From an uncultured bacterium (GTDB taxonomy: Bacteria > Chloroflexota > UBA5177 > JANWHV01): a stretch of DNA of 64,000 nucleotides. The stretch lies in assembly GCA_963729625.1 (NCBI GenBank), contig CAVSOU010000010.1, positions 1,024,001 to 1,088,000 of the forward strand. The letters are read 5' to 3'. Within the stretch, counting starts at the first letter, position 1; the number at the start of each line of letters is the position of its first letter. The notes beneath the pieces were generated by a model that was not told the origin of the DNA, ran no database searches, and saw nothing but the letters and a program-made list of their open reading frames with translations. The position numbers and the translations under genes were made by a program. Of the stretch, positions 36,216 to 45,467 are shown piece by piece.

Positions 36216-38912
36216 ATGGACTATGACGCCCTGGTGGTCGGAGCCGGGATCGGCGGCATGGAATCGGCACTGAAGCTCGGCGACATGGGCTACAGCGTGT
36301 TGCTGATCGAGAAGGAAGCCAGCGTGGGCGGCAAGATGATCCTGCTCAGCAAGGTCTTCCCTACGCTGGACTGCGCCAGCTGCATTTCCACGCCGAAGAT
36401 GGGCGCCGCCATCCATCACCCCAACATAACAGTGCTCACTCACTCCGAAGTGGATCAGATCCGGCGAGATGATAGCGGCCACTTTCGAGCAAAGATCCGC
36501 CGGAAGCCAAGCTTCGTAGATGAGGCTTTGTGCACGGGCTGCCGCGACTGCGAGATGGCCTGCAGCGTATCAGCGCCCGACCAGTTCAACGCCGGTATGG
36601 TGTCGCGCCGCGCAGCCTACATCGCATTCCCGCAGGCGGTACCGAAGAAAGCGGTGATCGAACGAGCAGGCACCTCACCCTGCACCTTTGAATGTCCTGC
36701 CGGCATCAAGGCGCACGGCTACGTCTCCCTGGTGCGCAGCGGCGAATACGAGAAGGCCTTCGCCCTCGTGCTCGAAGCCACTCCCCTGGTCGGAAGCTTG
36801 GGCCGTGCCTGCTACGCGCCCTGCGAGAGCGCCTGCAGCCGGTCAAGACTTGAAGGACCACTCGCTATCCGGCGCTTGAAGCGCTTCATCGCCGACACGC
36901 ATTACTGCGGGCGCGCGGAAACTTTGGTGTCAGCGCCGCCGCCGAATGGCAAGCGGGTAGCGGTCGTCGGCTCCGGCCCCGCTGGCCTGACTGCGGCCTG
37001 GCAATTGGCGCGGCAAGGCCACGGCGTGAAGATCTTTGAAGCCGCGCCGGAGCCCGGCGGCATGTTGCGCCTGGCCATCCCCGACTACCGGTTGCCGAGC
37101 ACGGTCGTCGAGCAGGATATCGCGAATGTGACCGCCATCGGTGTGGAGATCGCCACGAATACGCGCGTGGAGAATCTGGAGGATCTCAAAACCCAGGGTT
37201 ACGACGCCATCCTGCTGGCGACCGGCACACCTCGCGCCGTCGGCTTGCAGGCTCCCGGCGGCGATCTGCCGGGCATCACCAGCGCCCTCGCCTTCCTTCG
37301 TGCCGTCAAGCTCGGCGAACCCATGGATTATCACGGCAAGACCGTGACCGTGATCGGCGGCGGCAACGTAGCTATCGACGCCGCGCGCAGCGCCCGCAGA
37401 CTGGGCGCGGCGGCTGTGCACATGGTCAGCTTGGAATCGCGGCCGGAAATGCCCGCGCACACATTCGAGGTTGAGGAGGCGCTGGCGGAAGGCATCGTCC
37501 TGCACAACTCCTGGGGCGTCCGGCAGTTCCGCGGCGAGAACGCGGTGGAAGGCCTCGAGCTGCGCCGCTGCACGACCGTATTCGACGCCGATCGACGCTT
37601 CAACCCTCAGTATGACGAGAGCACATTCCGGGATCTCCCCAGCGATGTGGTGATCCTGGCTGTAGGCATGAGCGCGGATACGATTGCCTTCGCCTCGTCG
37701 CTTGGGATTAACCGGAACAAGACGCTTCAGGCAGATCCAGGCACCTTGCAGACAACTTTGCCCTACGTCTTTGCGGCCGGCGACGTGGTGTCCGGTCCGT
37801 CGATGATTACCAGTGCGGTCGGCCAAGGCCGGCGTGCTGCCTTTATGATCGACCGCTGGCTGCAGGGCCGAGAGCTGGACGTCAAGGCCTTCGAGACGAT
37901 GCTGCCCGTCGTGGAGCAGATTGACGTGCTGCGGCGGCAAGTCCATTTCGCGCGTCGCGAGCCGCTCCCCGGGGTTGCGGTTGAAGGCGCACCGTCCGAC
38001 ATGGCGGAGCTGGAACCTCCGCTCACCGAGGAGGAAGCGCGCTACAGCGCCGGACGCTGTCTGGACTGCGGCATCTGCTCGGAGTGCCATCAGTGCCTGG
38101 ATGCCTGCCCCGCGGGCGCCATCGACCTGAACATGCCTGAACGCGAGTTCGAGGCCGAGGTGGGCACGGTGGTGCTCGCCACCGGGTTCAGTCTCTTCCC
38201 GGCTGACCTCAAGCCACAGTACGGCTTCGGAAGATTCAAGAACGTGATCACCGGCATGCAGATGGACCGCCTGCTGGCACCCACCCGCCCCTACAACTCC
38301 GTGCTGCGGCCGGGTGACGGCAAGGTGCCCGATCGCATCGGCTTCATCATGTGCACCGGCTCGCGCGACAAGACGGTGGGCAACCCCCTCTGTTCCAAAA
38401 TATGTTGCATGTATTCGATCAAGCAGAATCAGCTGATTATGGGCGCCCTGCCGCTGGCGGACGTCACCGTGCACTACATCGACATGCGCGCGGTGGGGAA
38501 TGGGTACGACGAGTTCTACGAGCAGGCCCGTGCCATGGGCGCCAACTTCATCAAGGGGCGGGTAGCCGGGATCACGGAGAAGGAAGATGGCAACCTGATC
38601 CTGCGCTACGAGGACGTCGACAATGGCGGCGTCCTGGCAGAGGCCGAATACGACCTCGTCGTACTGGCGGTGGGCGTGCAGCCGAATCTGGATATTCGCC
38701 GGCTCTTCCCGGGCTCGGATCTGGCCCCGGACGAGTTCGGGTATGTCGACGAACCCGACGAGGATCTCAATCCCGGCTGGACGGGGACGCCGGGCCTCTA
38801 TGTGGCCGGCGCCGCGTCAGGCGCAAAGGATATCCCGGATTCCATTTTGCATGCGGGGGCGGCCGTAGCGCAAGCGGCGGCGCATCTGGAAAGGGCGAGG
38901 GTGCGCGCATGA
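36216..38912 (+). CDS. hdrA: HdrA-like flavoprotein with inserted GltD-like NAD(P)H module (HdrL-type)
   Basis: GAGIGG, FPTLDCASC, ferredoxin motifs, PCTFECPA/GRACYAPCESAC, GSGPAG, GGGNVAIDAAR, CTGSRD, CSKICC. Confidence 0.9.
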   Translation: MDYDALVVGAGIGGMESALKLGDMGYSVLLIEKEASVGGKMILLSKVFPTLDCASCISTPKMGAAIHHPNITVLTHSEVDQIRRDDSGHFRAKIRRKPSFVDEALCTGCRDCEMACSVSAPDQFNAGMVSRRAAYIAFPQAVPKKAVIERAGTSPCTFECPAGIKAHGYVSLVRSGEYEKAFALVLEATPLVGSLGRACYAPCESACSRSRLEGPLAIRRLKRFIADTHYCGRAETLVSAPPPNGKRVAVVGSGPAGLTAAWQLARQGHGVKIFEAAPEPGGMLRLAIPDYRLPSTVVEQDIANVTAIGVEIATNTRVENLEDLKTQGYDAILLATGTPRAVGLQAPGGDLPGITSALAFLRAVKLGEPMDYHGKTVTVIGGGNVAIDAARSARRLGAAAVHMVSLESRPEMPAHTFEVEEALAEGIVLHNSWGVRQFRGENAVEGLELRRCTTVFDADRRFNPQYDESTFRDLPSDVVILAVGMSADTIAFASSLGINRNKTLQADPGTLQTTLPYVFAAGDVVSGPSMITSAVGQGRRAAFMIDRWLQGRELDVKAFETMLPVVEQIDVLRRQVHFARREPLPGVAVEGAPSDMAELEPPLTEEEARYSAGRCLDCGICSECHQCLDACPAGAIDLNMPEREFEAEVGTVVLATGFSLFPADLKPQYGFGRFKNVITGMQMDRLLAPTRPYNSVLRPGDGKVPDRIGFIMCTGSRDKTVGNPLCSKICCMYSIKQNQLIMGALPLADVTVHYIDMRAVGNGYDEFYEQARAMGANFIKGRVAGITEKEDGNLILRYEDVDNGGVLAEAEYDLVVLAVGVQPNLDIRRLFPGSDLAPDEFGYVDEPDEDLNPGWTGTPGLYVAGAASGAKDIPDSILHAGAAVAQAAAHLERARVRA

Positions 38913-40648
38913 GCGGCAAGAGGATAGGCGTCTACGTCTGTCACTGCGGCGGTAACATCTCCGATTACGTGGACACTGATCAGGTAGTGGCCGAAGCCCT
39001 GGCGGAGGAGGACGTGGTGATTGCCAGGTCCGCCATGTTCACGTGCTCGGACGCCACCCAGCAGGAGATTGTCAACGACATCCAGGAGCACCAGCTCGAC
39101 GGCCTGGTCGTGGCTTCCTGCTCGCCCAAGCTGCACACCTTCACCTTTCGCGAAGTCGCCAGACGTGCCGGTCTGAATCCCTTCCAGTACACCCAGGTGA
39201 ATATCCGCGAGCAGTGCTCGTGGGCGCACACGGACGACAAGGATGGGGCTACCTGCAAGGCGGGCTGCCTGGTGCGGGCAGGGATCGGCCGCACGCGGTT
39301 ATCGGAGCCATTGGAGCCGCTCGTGGTGCAAACGGAAGGGAGCGTCCTGGTGGTCGGTGGCGGCGTCGCTGGACTGCGCGCGGCCATTGGTCTGGCCGAG
39401 ATCGGGCTCTCGGTGGTCCTGGTGGAAAAGGAGCCCCGGCTTGGCGGCTGGGTCGGCGCTTTCGGCGACATGTATCCGCATGGCAAGAACGGCAGAGCCC
39501 TGATCGAGCATCTCGTGGCGGAGATTCGCAAGCGGCCGGAGATCACTATCTTCACCAATGCCGAGGTGGTGAATAAGTCGGGCACGCTGGGCAACTACAA
39601 CGCAACCATCGACGTACACGGAGAGTCGCCGGCATCGATTGAGGTGCAGGTGGGCGCGATTGTCGTCGCTACCGGCTTCGACGCCTACACGCCTGAAGCA
39701 GGCGAATACGGCTACGGCATCGATGGCGTGGTCACGCTGCCCGAGTTTAAGAAGCTGACCGACCAGTCGCAAGGCCCATTGATGCGTCACGGCAAGCCGA
39801 TTAAGTCCATCGTCTACATCTACTGCGTCGGTAGCCGGCAGGGCTCGAACGGCAGCCCGGGTAACCCTGGCTGCTCGCGCTACTGCTGCACTGCCGCCGT
39901 GCATGCCTCGCTGACCGTGGCGGCCAAGGACATCAACGCGCGCCAGTACCACCTGTACCGCGATATGCGCACCTACGGCAGGTACGAGACACTCTACAGC
40001 GAGTCGCGCGAGAATGGATCGCTCTATCTTAAGTTTGCCGACGACACGCCGCCGACGGTAAGTCGGGACAGCAGTACCGGCAGGCTCACCGTAACGGTAA
40101 GAGATCTCCTGACCGGTGGTGAAGAGATCGCCATTCCGGCAGAGCTTGTGGTCCTGGTCACCGGCATGATGCCGCGCCCCGTCGAGGAACTCGTCGATGT
40201 GCTCAAGCTTCCGCTGGGCAAAGACGGCTTCTTCCATGAGATTCACCCCAAGCTACGGCCGGTCGAGACCGTGGTTGACGGCGTCTTAATCTGCGGCACC
40301 TGTCAAGGACCCAAGAACGCGGCTGAAAGCGTGGCCTCCGCACTGGCCGCGGTGACCCAAAGCGCGGCAATGCTGAAGAAAGGGTATGCCGAGCTGGATC
40401 CACAGGTCGCGCGCGTCAATGCCGAGGTTTGTATCTGGTGCGGCAAATGTCAGGAGGCCTGCCCGTATGGCGCGGTAGGCCTGCTCCATCTCGACGGCAG
40501 AGATAGTGCCGTGGTCGACGCTGCCGGCTGCAAGGGCTGCGGCGGCTGCGTGCCTGTCTGCCCGAACGATGCCATCGACCTCCTGGGTTACAGCGATGCC
40601 CAGGTCAGGGCCATGATCGATGGACTGCTGAAGGAGCGCGTGTCATGA
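38909..40648 (+). CDS. hdrA: HdrA-like FAD/Fe-S subunit with C-terminal 2x[4Fe-4S] domain
   Basis: CHCGGNI, NIREQCSWAH, GGGVAG, CVGSR, CSRYCC, HPKLRPVE, two CxxCxxCxxxCP. Confidence 0.92.
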   Translation: MSGKRIGVYVCHCGGNISDYVDTDQVVAEALAEEDVVIARSAMFTCSDATQQEIVNDIQEHQLDGLVVASCSPKLHTFTFREVARRAGLNPFQYTQVNIREQCSWAHTDDKDGATCKAGCLVRAGIGRTRLSEPLEPLVVQTEGSVLVVGGGVAGLRAAIGLAEIGLSVVLVEKEPRLGGWVGAFGDMYPHGKNGRALIEHLVAEIRKRPEITIFTNAEVVNKSGTLGNYNATIDVHGESPASIEVQVGAIVVATGFDAYTPEAGEYGYGIDGVVTLPEFKKLTDQSQGPLMRHGKPIKSIVYIYCVGSRQGSNGSPGNPGCSRYCCTAAVHASLTVAAKDINARQYHLYRDMRTYGRYETLYSESRENGSLYLKFADDTPPTVSRDSSTGRLTVTVRDLLTGGEEIAIPAELVVLVTGMMPRPVEELVDVLKLPLGKDGFFHEIHPKLRPVETVVDGVLICGTCQGPKNAAESVASALAAVTQSAAMLKKGYAELDPQVARVNAEVCIWCGKCQEACPYGAVGLLHLDGRDSAVVDAAGCKGCGGCVPVCPNDAIDLLGYSDAQVRAMIDGLLKERVS

Positions 40649-40893
40649 GCACGACGAGCCGGGATGTGCGCGAAATCATCCGCGAGGAGCCCCTGATGCG
40701 GGACCGCATCCTGCAGGTGCTGGAAGCGGGGCCGAAGACCGTGCCGGAGATCGCGGCGGCGATCGGCTACCCGGACCACGAGGTCATGTATTGGGTGATG
40801 GGGATGCGCAAGTACGGCCAGGTGACTCCGCTCCCCGACGCCACCGACGAGGGGTTCTACCAATACCAGGCGGTGGAGGGGAACCGGATATGA
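40645..40893 (+). CDS. Small winged-helix protein within the hdr-like operon
   Basis: GPKTVPEIAAAIG...MGMRKYG; start and stop overlap both neighbours. Confidence 0.75.
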   Translation: MSTTSRDVREIIREEPLMRDRILQVLEAGPKTVPEIAAAIGYPDHEVMYWVMGMRKYGQVTPLPDATDEGFYQYQAVEGNRI

Positions 40894-41195
40894 CCACGCT
40901 GCTGAACCCCGACCTGGCGCGGCAGATCTGGCCGGGCGATGAGCTGAATGCCGATGCCTGCATGAACTGCGGCGTGTGCGGCGCCGTCTGCCCGATGGGC
41001 ATCGCACTGCTGCCCAGAAGGCTGTTCCGGTACGTGCTTCTGGGCATGGAGGACCGCGTGCTGCAGGAGACGGAGAATGTGTTCTCGTGTCTGTTGTGCA
41101 GACTGTGCGAGGTCAATTGCCCGGCGGACGTCCATATCGCGGAGAACATGCGTGCCGTGCGCCACTATATCAACACGCACGCTGTCAGAAGCTAG
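40890..41195 (+). CDS. HdrC-like 2x[4Fe-4S] protein
   Basis: CMNCGVCGAVCP and CLLCRLCEVNCP. Confidence 0.9.
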   Translation: MTTLLNPDLARQIWPGDELNADACMNCGVCGAVCPMGIALLPRRLFRYVLLGMEDRVLQETENVFSCLLCRLCEVNCPADVHIAENMRAVRHYINTHAVRS

Positions 41196-41205
41196 GAGAG
41201 TGCCA

Positions 41206-42174
41206 ATGCCACTACCGCCGGGCGACATCATAGGCATCCTGTCGGATAACCTGCGTCTGCGTAGGTCGGTGCTGCCGATCTCTACCCGGAGCGTCACGCG
41301 GTGGGCGCGTGGGCTGAACCTGCCACGCGGCGGAGAGACCGTTCTCTATACCGGGCAGATGTACCAGCTTATCCCCTACATCGAGCAGATGGTGCAGATG
41401 CAGGAGCGGGTGGCAGATACATGGCTGGCTGGCTTCACCCGGCTGGGCCGGCGCCTGAATAAAGTGGTCAACATCACGGCGTTCATGGGCCGCCCAGGCG
41501 CGGATGCGCGGGCGGCCAACGACGGCGTCTTGCACAACGTGGTTTCGCTGCTCCGGCAAGCGGGAGTCGCCTTCGGCTATCTCTTCGAGGACGACCTCTA
41601 TTCCGGGGCACTTGCCTACGACCTGGGCACCGACGAAGCTTTTGGCATGCAGGCGCGACGAGTGGCTCGCATGCTCAAGAAGCATGGCGTGCGAAACGTG
41701 ATCACAGTCGACCCGCACACGACCAATATGCTTCGCTCCGTCTATCCGAGGTTCGTCAAAGGATTCGACGTGAGCGTGCGCAGCTACCTGGAAGTGCTGG
41801 CGGACAAGGGCATGCGGCCGCAGACATCGCTCTCCAGCCGGTTGGCGATTCACGATTCCTGTGTCTATGCCCGATACGAGGGTGTGATAGGGCAACCCCG
41901 CGCGCTGCTGGAGCAAGCCGGTGTCACCATCGTCGAGCCGGATAATGCCGGCCGCTTCACCTGGTGTTGCGGTGGCCCATTGGAGTCTCTGTACCCGCGT
42001 AAATCATTGGCCACCGCCCAGAAGCGCGTGGAACAGCTCCGTCAGGCCGCACCGGAGGCGGTGACGATGTGTCCCCTGTGCCTGGTGAATCTGCAAAAGG
42101 CGGCGGGCCACACACTGCGCCTCACAGACATCTCCGAGCACCTGCGACGGGCGTATACAGCTCAAGCCATCTGA
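41206..42174 (+). CDS. HdrB/HdrD-like CCG-domain Fe-S protein
   Basis: C-terminal HDSC, CCGG, CPLC; N-terminal CCG domain degenerate (DDLYSG, VDPH). Confidence 0.87.
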   Translation: MPLPPGDIIGILSDNLRLRRSVLPISTRSVTRWARGLNLPRGGETVLYTGQMYQLIPYIEQMVQMQERVADTWLAGFTRLGRRLNKVVNITAFMGRPGADARAANDGVLHNVVSLLRQAGVAFGYLFEDDLYSGALAYDLGTDEAFGMQARRVARMLKKHGVRNVITVDPHTTNMLRSVYPRFVKGFDVSVRSYLEVLADKGMRPQTSLSSRLAIHDSCVYARYEGVIGQPRALLEQAGVTIVEPDNAGRFTWCCGGPLESLYPRKSLATAQKRVEQLRQAAPEAVTMCPLCLVNLQKAAGHTLRLTDISEHLRRAYTAQAI

Positions 42175-42191
42175 AGTCGAAGGAGAAGAAG

Positions 42192-42668
42192 GTGCGCACA
42201 GACAAGAAGACATTGATCGTCTTCAGCGGCGACCTCGACCGAGCGCTCGCGGCATTCATGATTGCCAACGGCGCCGCCGCTATGGGTGACGAAGTAACCA
42301 TGTTTTTCACCTTTTGGGGCCTGAATATCCTGCGCAAGGCCAAGAAGGTGAAGGCCAAAAAGACGTTCCTGCAGGCAATGTTCGGCTGGATGATGCCCCG
42401 CGGCCCCAGCCGGCTGGGCCTCTCCAAGATGAACTTCGGCGGCATGGGCGCCATGATGATGAAGAAGGTGATGAAGGGGCAGAACATCATGTCGCTCGAG
42501 GACCTGCTCGCTGCGGCGAAGGACCAGGGCGTCAAGCTGGTGGCCTGCACCATGTCGATGGATGTGATGGGCATCAAGGAAGAGGAGTTGATCGACGGCC
42601 TGGAGTTCGCCGGCGTGGCCAGCTACCTTGGCGAGGCGGACGAGGCCAACGTCAACCTGTTCATCTAG
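42192..42668 (+). CDS. DsrE2/DsrE-F-like sulfur carrier
   Basis: FSGDLD, FFTFWGL, ACTMSMDVMG, GVASYL. Confidence 0.93.
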   Translation: MRTDKKTLIVFSGDLDRALAAFMIANGAAAMGDEVTMFFTFWGLNILRKAKKVKAKKTFLQAMFGWMMPRGPSRLGLSKMNFGGMGAMMMKKVMKGQNIMSLEDLLAAAKDQGVKLVACTMSMDVMGIKEEELIDGLEFAGVASYLGEADEANVNLFI

Positions 42669-42728
42669 TCGCGCAGCGCAAGCGTCGACGCCAGCATATT
42701 TGCGGCACGAGGGCAGGGAAGCACACAC

Positions 42729-43040
42729 CTACTTCATCGAGGTGTTCTCGTAGAAGCTCGCGCTGGGACAATGGCAGCCAATGGTCGGAAGCACAACCTC
42801 GTCGCCGGGACCTAACGTAGCAACCTGCCAGGTGCCGTCGACGAGTCGCGATCTGACTTCGACAGACACGCGGTCCGTGGCGATCAGCGCGTAGGTGCCC
42901 AGGCTCGTCAGGGCGCGATACATCCCGAACTTATCGCCCTGGTCGTAGTCGACCGTCTTGGGCGAGAGGGCCTCCACGACGACGCGGGGATGGCGGATAA
43001 ACTGGTGGGCTCCGCGAACACACGGCGGGGCGTTCAGCAT
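42729..43040 (-). pseudogene. Uma2 (DUF820) endonuclease, C-terminal fragment
   Basis: P.VVVEALSP.T..YD.GDK...Y motif present; no N-terminal half in frame. Confidence 0.65.
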
Positions 43041-43181
43041 GAAGAATGGCCTGCTCGACCGCGAGCTGTGGCCTTTGCCAAGGGTAGTGCATGTTCGGTA
43101 GGCTGGATGACGTCAGCCTGAAGGAGGATAGCCGGACTGCTGTGAGCCTGCAGCATGAGCGTGGCGGGAGGAATTGCACAG

Positions 43182-43637
43182 ATGGACGATGCTGAGAAGA
43201 CGTGGCATACCAAGTGTGCCAAAGAACTTTTCAACCACTCTTGGGATCTCCTTGACCAGGCTAGCCGCACCGATCAGGAAGACCACGACCTTCTCCACGC
43301 CGCGTTCGCCTCGCGCTATCATTGGGGCGTCGTCGGCACCGAGGAGAACTGGATCCTTGGCGACGCGCACATCGCCCGTGTCGCCGCCCACCTGGGCCAC
43401 AGCGCGTTGTCCCTGCATTACGCAGCTCGGGCCCTCGACGACACGTACGCGCGTGGCTGGCGAGACTACCGTCTCGCATCGGCCCATGAGACGATGGCGC
43501 GGGCACACAGCGCCGCGGGGAACTCGGTCGAGCGTGACCGCCACCTTGCGCTTGCCCGCGATGCTCTCGATCTCGTCGACGACCCAGAGGATCGAGAGAT
43601 CATCGCCGGGCAGATTGACTCGGTCCCTGTGGGCTGA
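43182..43637 (+). CDS. Hypothetical helical (TPR-like) protein
   Basis: GGAGG RBS; FNHSWDLL, HAAFASRYHW, AHETMARA. Confidence 0.8.
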   Translation: MDDAEKTWHTKCAKELFNHSWDLLDQASRTDQEDHDLLHAAFASRYHWGVVGTEENWILGDAHIARVAAHLGHSALSLHYAARALDDTYARGWRDYRLASAHETMARAHSAAGNSVERDRHLALARDALDLVDDPEDREIIAGQIDSVPVG

Positions 43638-43739
43638 ACCGCAGCGAGACCTTCCGGGCAATGGACACGCATGCGAGAGCGCCAGCGTGCTTCGGAGGCC
43701 CGAGCGGGCCGCTGCCCGACTACCTCTTCCATCCGCTGT

Positions 43740-44399
43740 TTAGCTGGAGCAGCTTCCGTCGCCACGGCTCCGGCCGCCGCGTCCCGACTTGGCGCCGTCG
43801 AACGCCTCTCGTGCCTCGTGGGCCAACCAGTAGAGCAATGCCAGGGCGGCGACACTATCCGCCCACCACCAACCAAATGCGACATTTGCCACCAGCCCAA
43901 GCAGCAGGGTGCACGCCATATACGCACAGGTGATCGAGCAGGCTGCATCCCCGCGCAAGGCGGCGCTGTCGAGTAGGTCGGCAATCCGTCGCTTGCGCCG
44001 CGCCAAGATGGGCATGCCGATGACCGCGGCGATGGCAACCGCTATCCCGGCGAAAGAGCGACCGGGCTCGGTGTGCGTAACCAGTGCCGCTACTGCGCTG
44101 ATCGCGACGTAAATGCAGAGTAAAGCCAACGCCACTCCCGTGATCCAGGCGGAGCGGTGCTCCGCGCGTTCGACCTCTTGCAAGAGGCCGCCGCGCGCCT
44201 CGGTCCGCAGGCGCCAGAGCAGCACCCCGCCAGATGCCAGTTCGATCACGCTGTCGACGCCAAAGGCGGTGAGCAGCACGCTGCGGGCAAGTAGCCCTGC
44301 GCCGATGGCGACGGCGGCCTCCACCACCATCCAGGCAATGGCGACCTGTTCCACACGTACACCCGAGCGTGCCGCACTCGCACGTCTACGCTCGTCCAA
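43740..44399 (-). CDS. Cation (CDF/TMEM163-like) transporter
   Basis: FGVDSVIE, SAALRGDA, WWWADSVAAL; about 6 TM; start uncertain. Confidence 0.85.
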   Translation of the reverse strand: MDERRRASAARSGVRVEQVAIAWMVVEAAVAIGAGLLARSVLLTAFGVDSVIELASGGVLLWRLRTEARGGLLQEVERAEHRSAWITGVALALLCIYVAISAVAALVTHTEPGRSFAGIAVAIAAVIGMPILARRKRRIADLLDSAALRGDAACSITCAYMACTLLLGLVANVAFGWWWADSVAALALLYWLAHEAREAFDGAKSGRGGRSRGDGSCSS

Positions 44400-44489
44400 A
44401 TCAGGCGGCGTGACAACGTCGGGGGTAGCCGTTGTTGTGATTTCCTCCCCAGTGAGTGCTTGCTCGGCGCGCGCGGCAGCCCAGTGACC

Positions 44490-45467
44490 TCAAGCTGCTT
44501 CAGGCTGGCCGATTCCCACGAGCAGACCGTTATCGGCTATGGCCGGGCTGGTAGTTACAAAGAGCACGACGCCGGCTACCGGGCTCGCAATTGTAGCGAT
44601 CGGCTCTCCCCACAGGTCGACCATGTCGCCAAGTGAATCTCCGGCGCTGAGCCGGTCACCCGCCCGAATAGCCTTGCGGAAGAAGCCGCCTCGCTCGGCG
44701 CGCACCCATGCGAAACCTCGGACGAGCGTCTGCGGCGTGGATAGCTGCTCCGGCTCACCCTCGAGCATGTCCAGCCGCTGCAGCACGCGCCGCAACCCGC
44801 GCAAGTGGAGCGCCACGGCTTCCTGCGTAAGCTGGCCTATACCGCCGGCCTCCGCGATCACGGCCGGTATGCCGACTTCAGCCGCGGCAATGTCGGTGCT
44901 GCCCGATACGGCTCCGCCTGCCGGCGGTTCCACGATGACATAGGGCAGGCCGAACGTGGTGGCCAGATCCAGTGCCTTGTCGTCGACTTCAGGCCGACCG
45001 CATTGATGCATCAAGCTAAACGGCATCAGCTCTTCTACCAGATCGCCGCAGTGCAGGTCGATGAAGTAATCGCCCTGGCGAATGACCGAGTGGAAGAAAT
45101 GATAGGCAAGTACGTCCGAAAAACTGCCGTCTGGATTTCCTGGAAAGGCACGGTTTGGGTTCTTGCCGTCGCGCGGGCAAACGAAAGGTGTGCGTTGCCA
45201 GAAAGCTGGAAGGTTGACAACAGGTACGCCGACGATCCTTCCGCGAACCTTTCCCGGATCGGCCTGGCGACAGAAGCGCATCAGCGCATCAATCGGCGGG
45301 TATTCGGCACCGTGTATTCCGGCGATCACACACAGCGTGGGACCGTCCTGCGCTCCCGCAATCGCGAAGTACGGCCATTCGTAGTCGGCGAGCATCGGGG
45401 CGTCGAAGGCGAGCAGGCGGCGTTCGGTGTGGCCGGGCGCCGGGAAGACGATTGACCTATCCGTCAT
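44490..45467 (-). CDS. Succinylglutamate desuccinylase/aspartoacylase family protein
   Basis: GIHGAE, NPNRAFPG, IDLHCGD, EAGG; C-terminal biotinyl-like domain. Confidence 0.92.
   Translation of the reverse strand: MTDRSIVFPAPGHTERRLLAFDAPMLADYEWPYFAIAGAQDGPTLCVIAGIHGAEYPPIDALMRFCRQADPGKVRGRIVGVPVVNLPAFWQRTPFVCPRDGKNPNRAFPGNPDGSFSDVLAYHFFHSVIRQGDYFIDLHCGDLVEELMPFSLMHQCGRPEVDDKALDLATTFGLPYVIVEPPAGGAVSGSTDIAAAEVGIPAVIAEAGGIGQLTQEAVALHLRGLRRVLQRLDMLEGEPEQLSTPQTLVRGFAWVRAERGGFFRKAIRAGDRLSAGDSLGDMVDLWGEPIATIASPVAGVVLFVTTSPAIADNGLLVGIGQPEAA

Noticed and set aside
36216-42174. Interpretation as methanogenic Hdr or canonical sHdr/Qmo
   Set aside because: No mvhAG, aprAB or lbpA/lipoylation genes in the window; gene order and domain content differ
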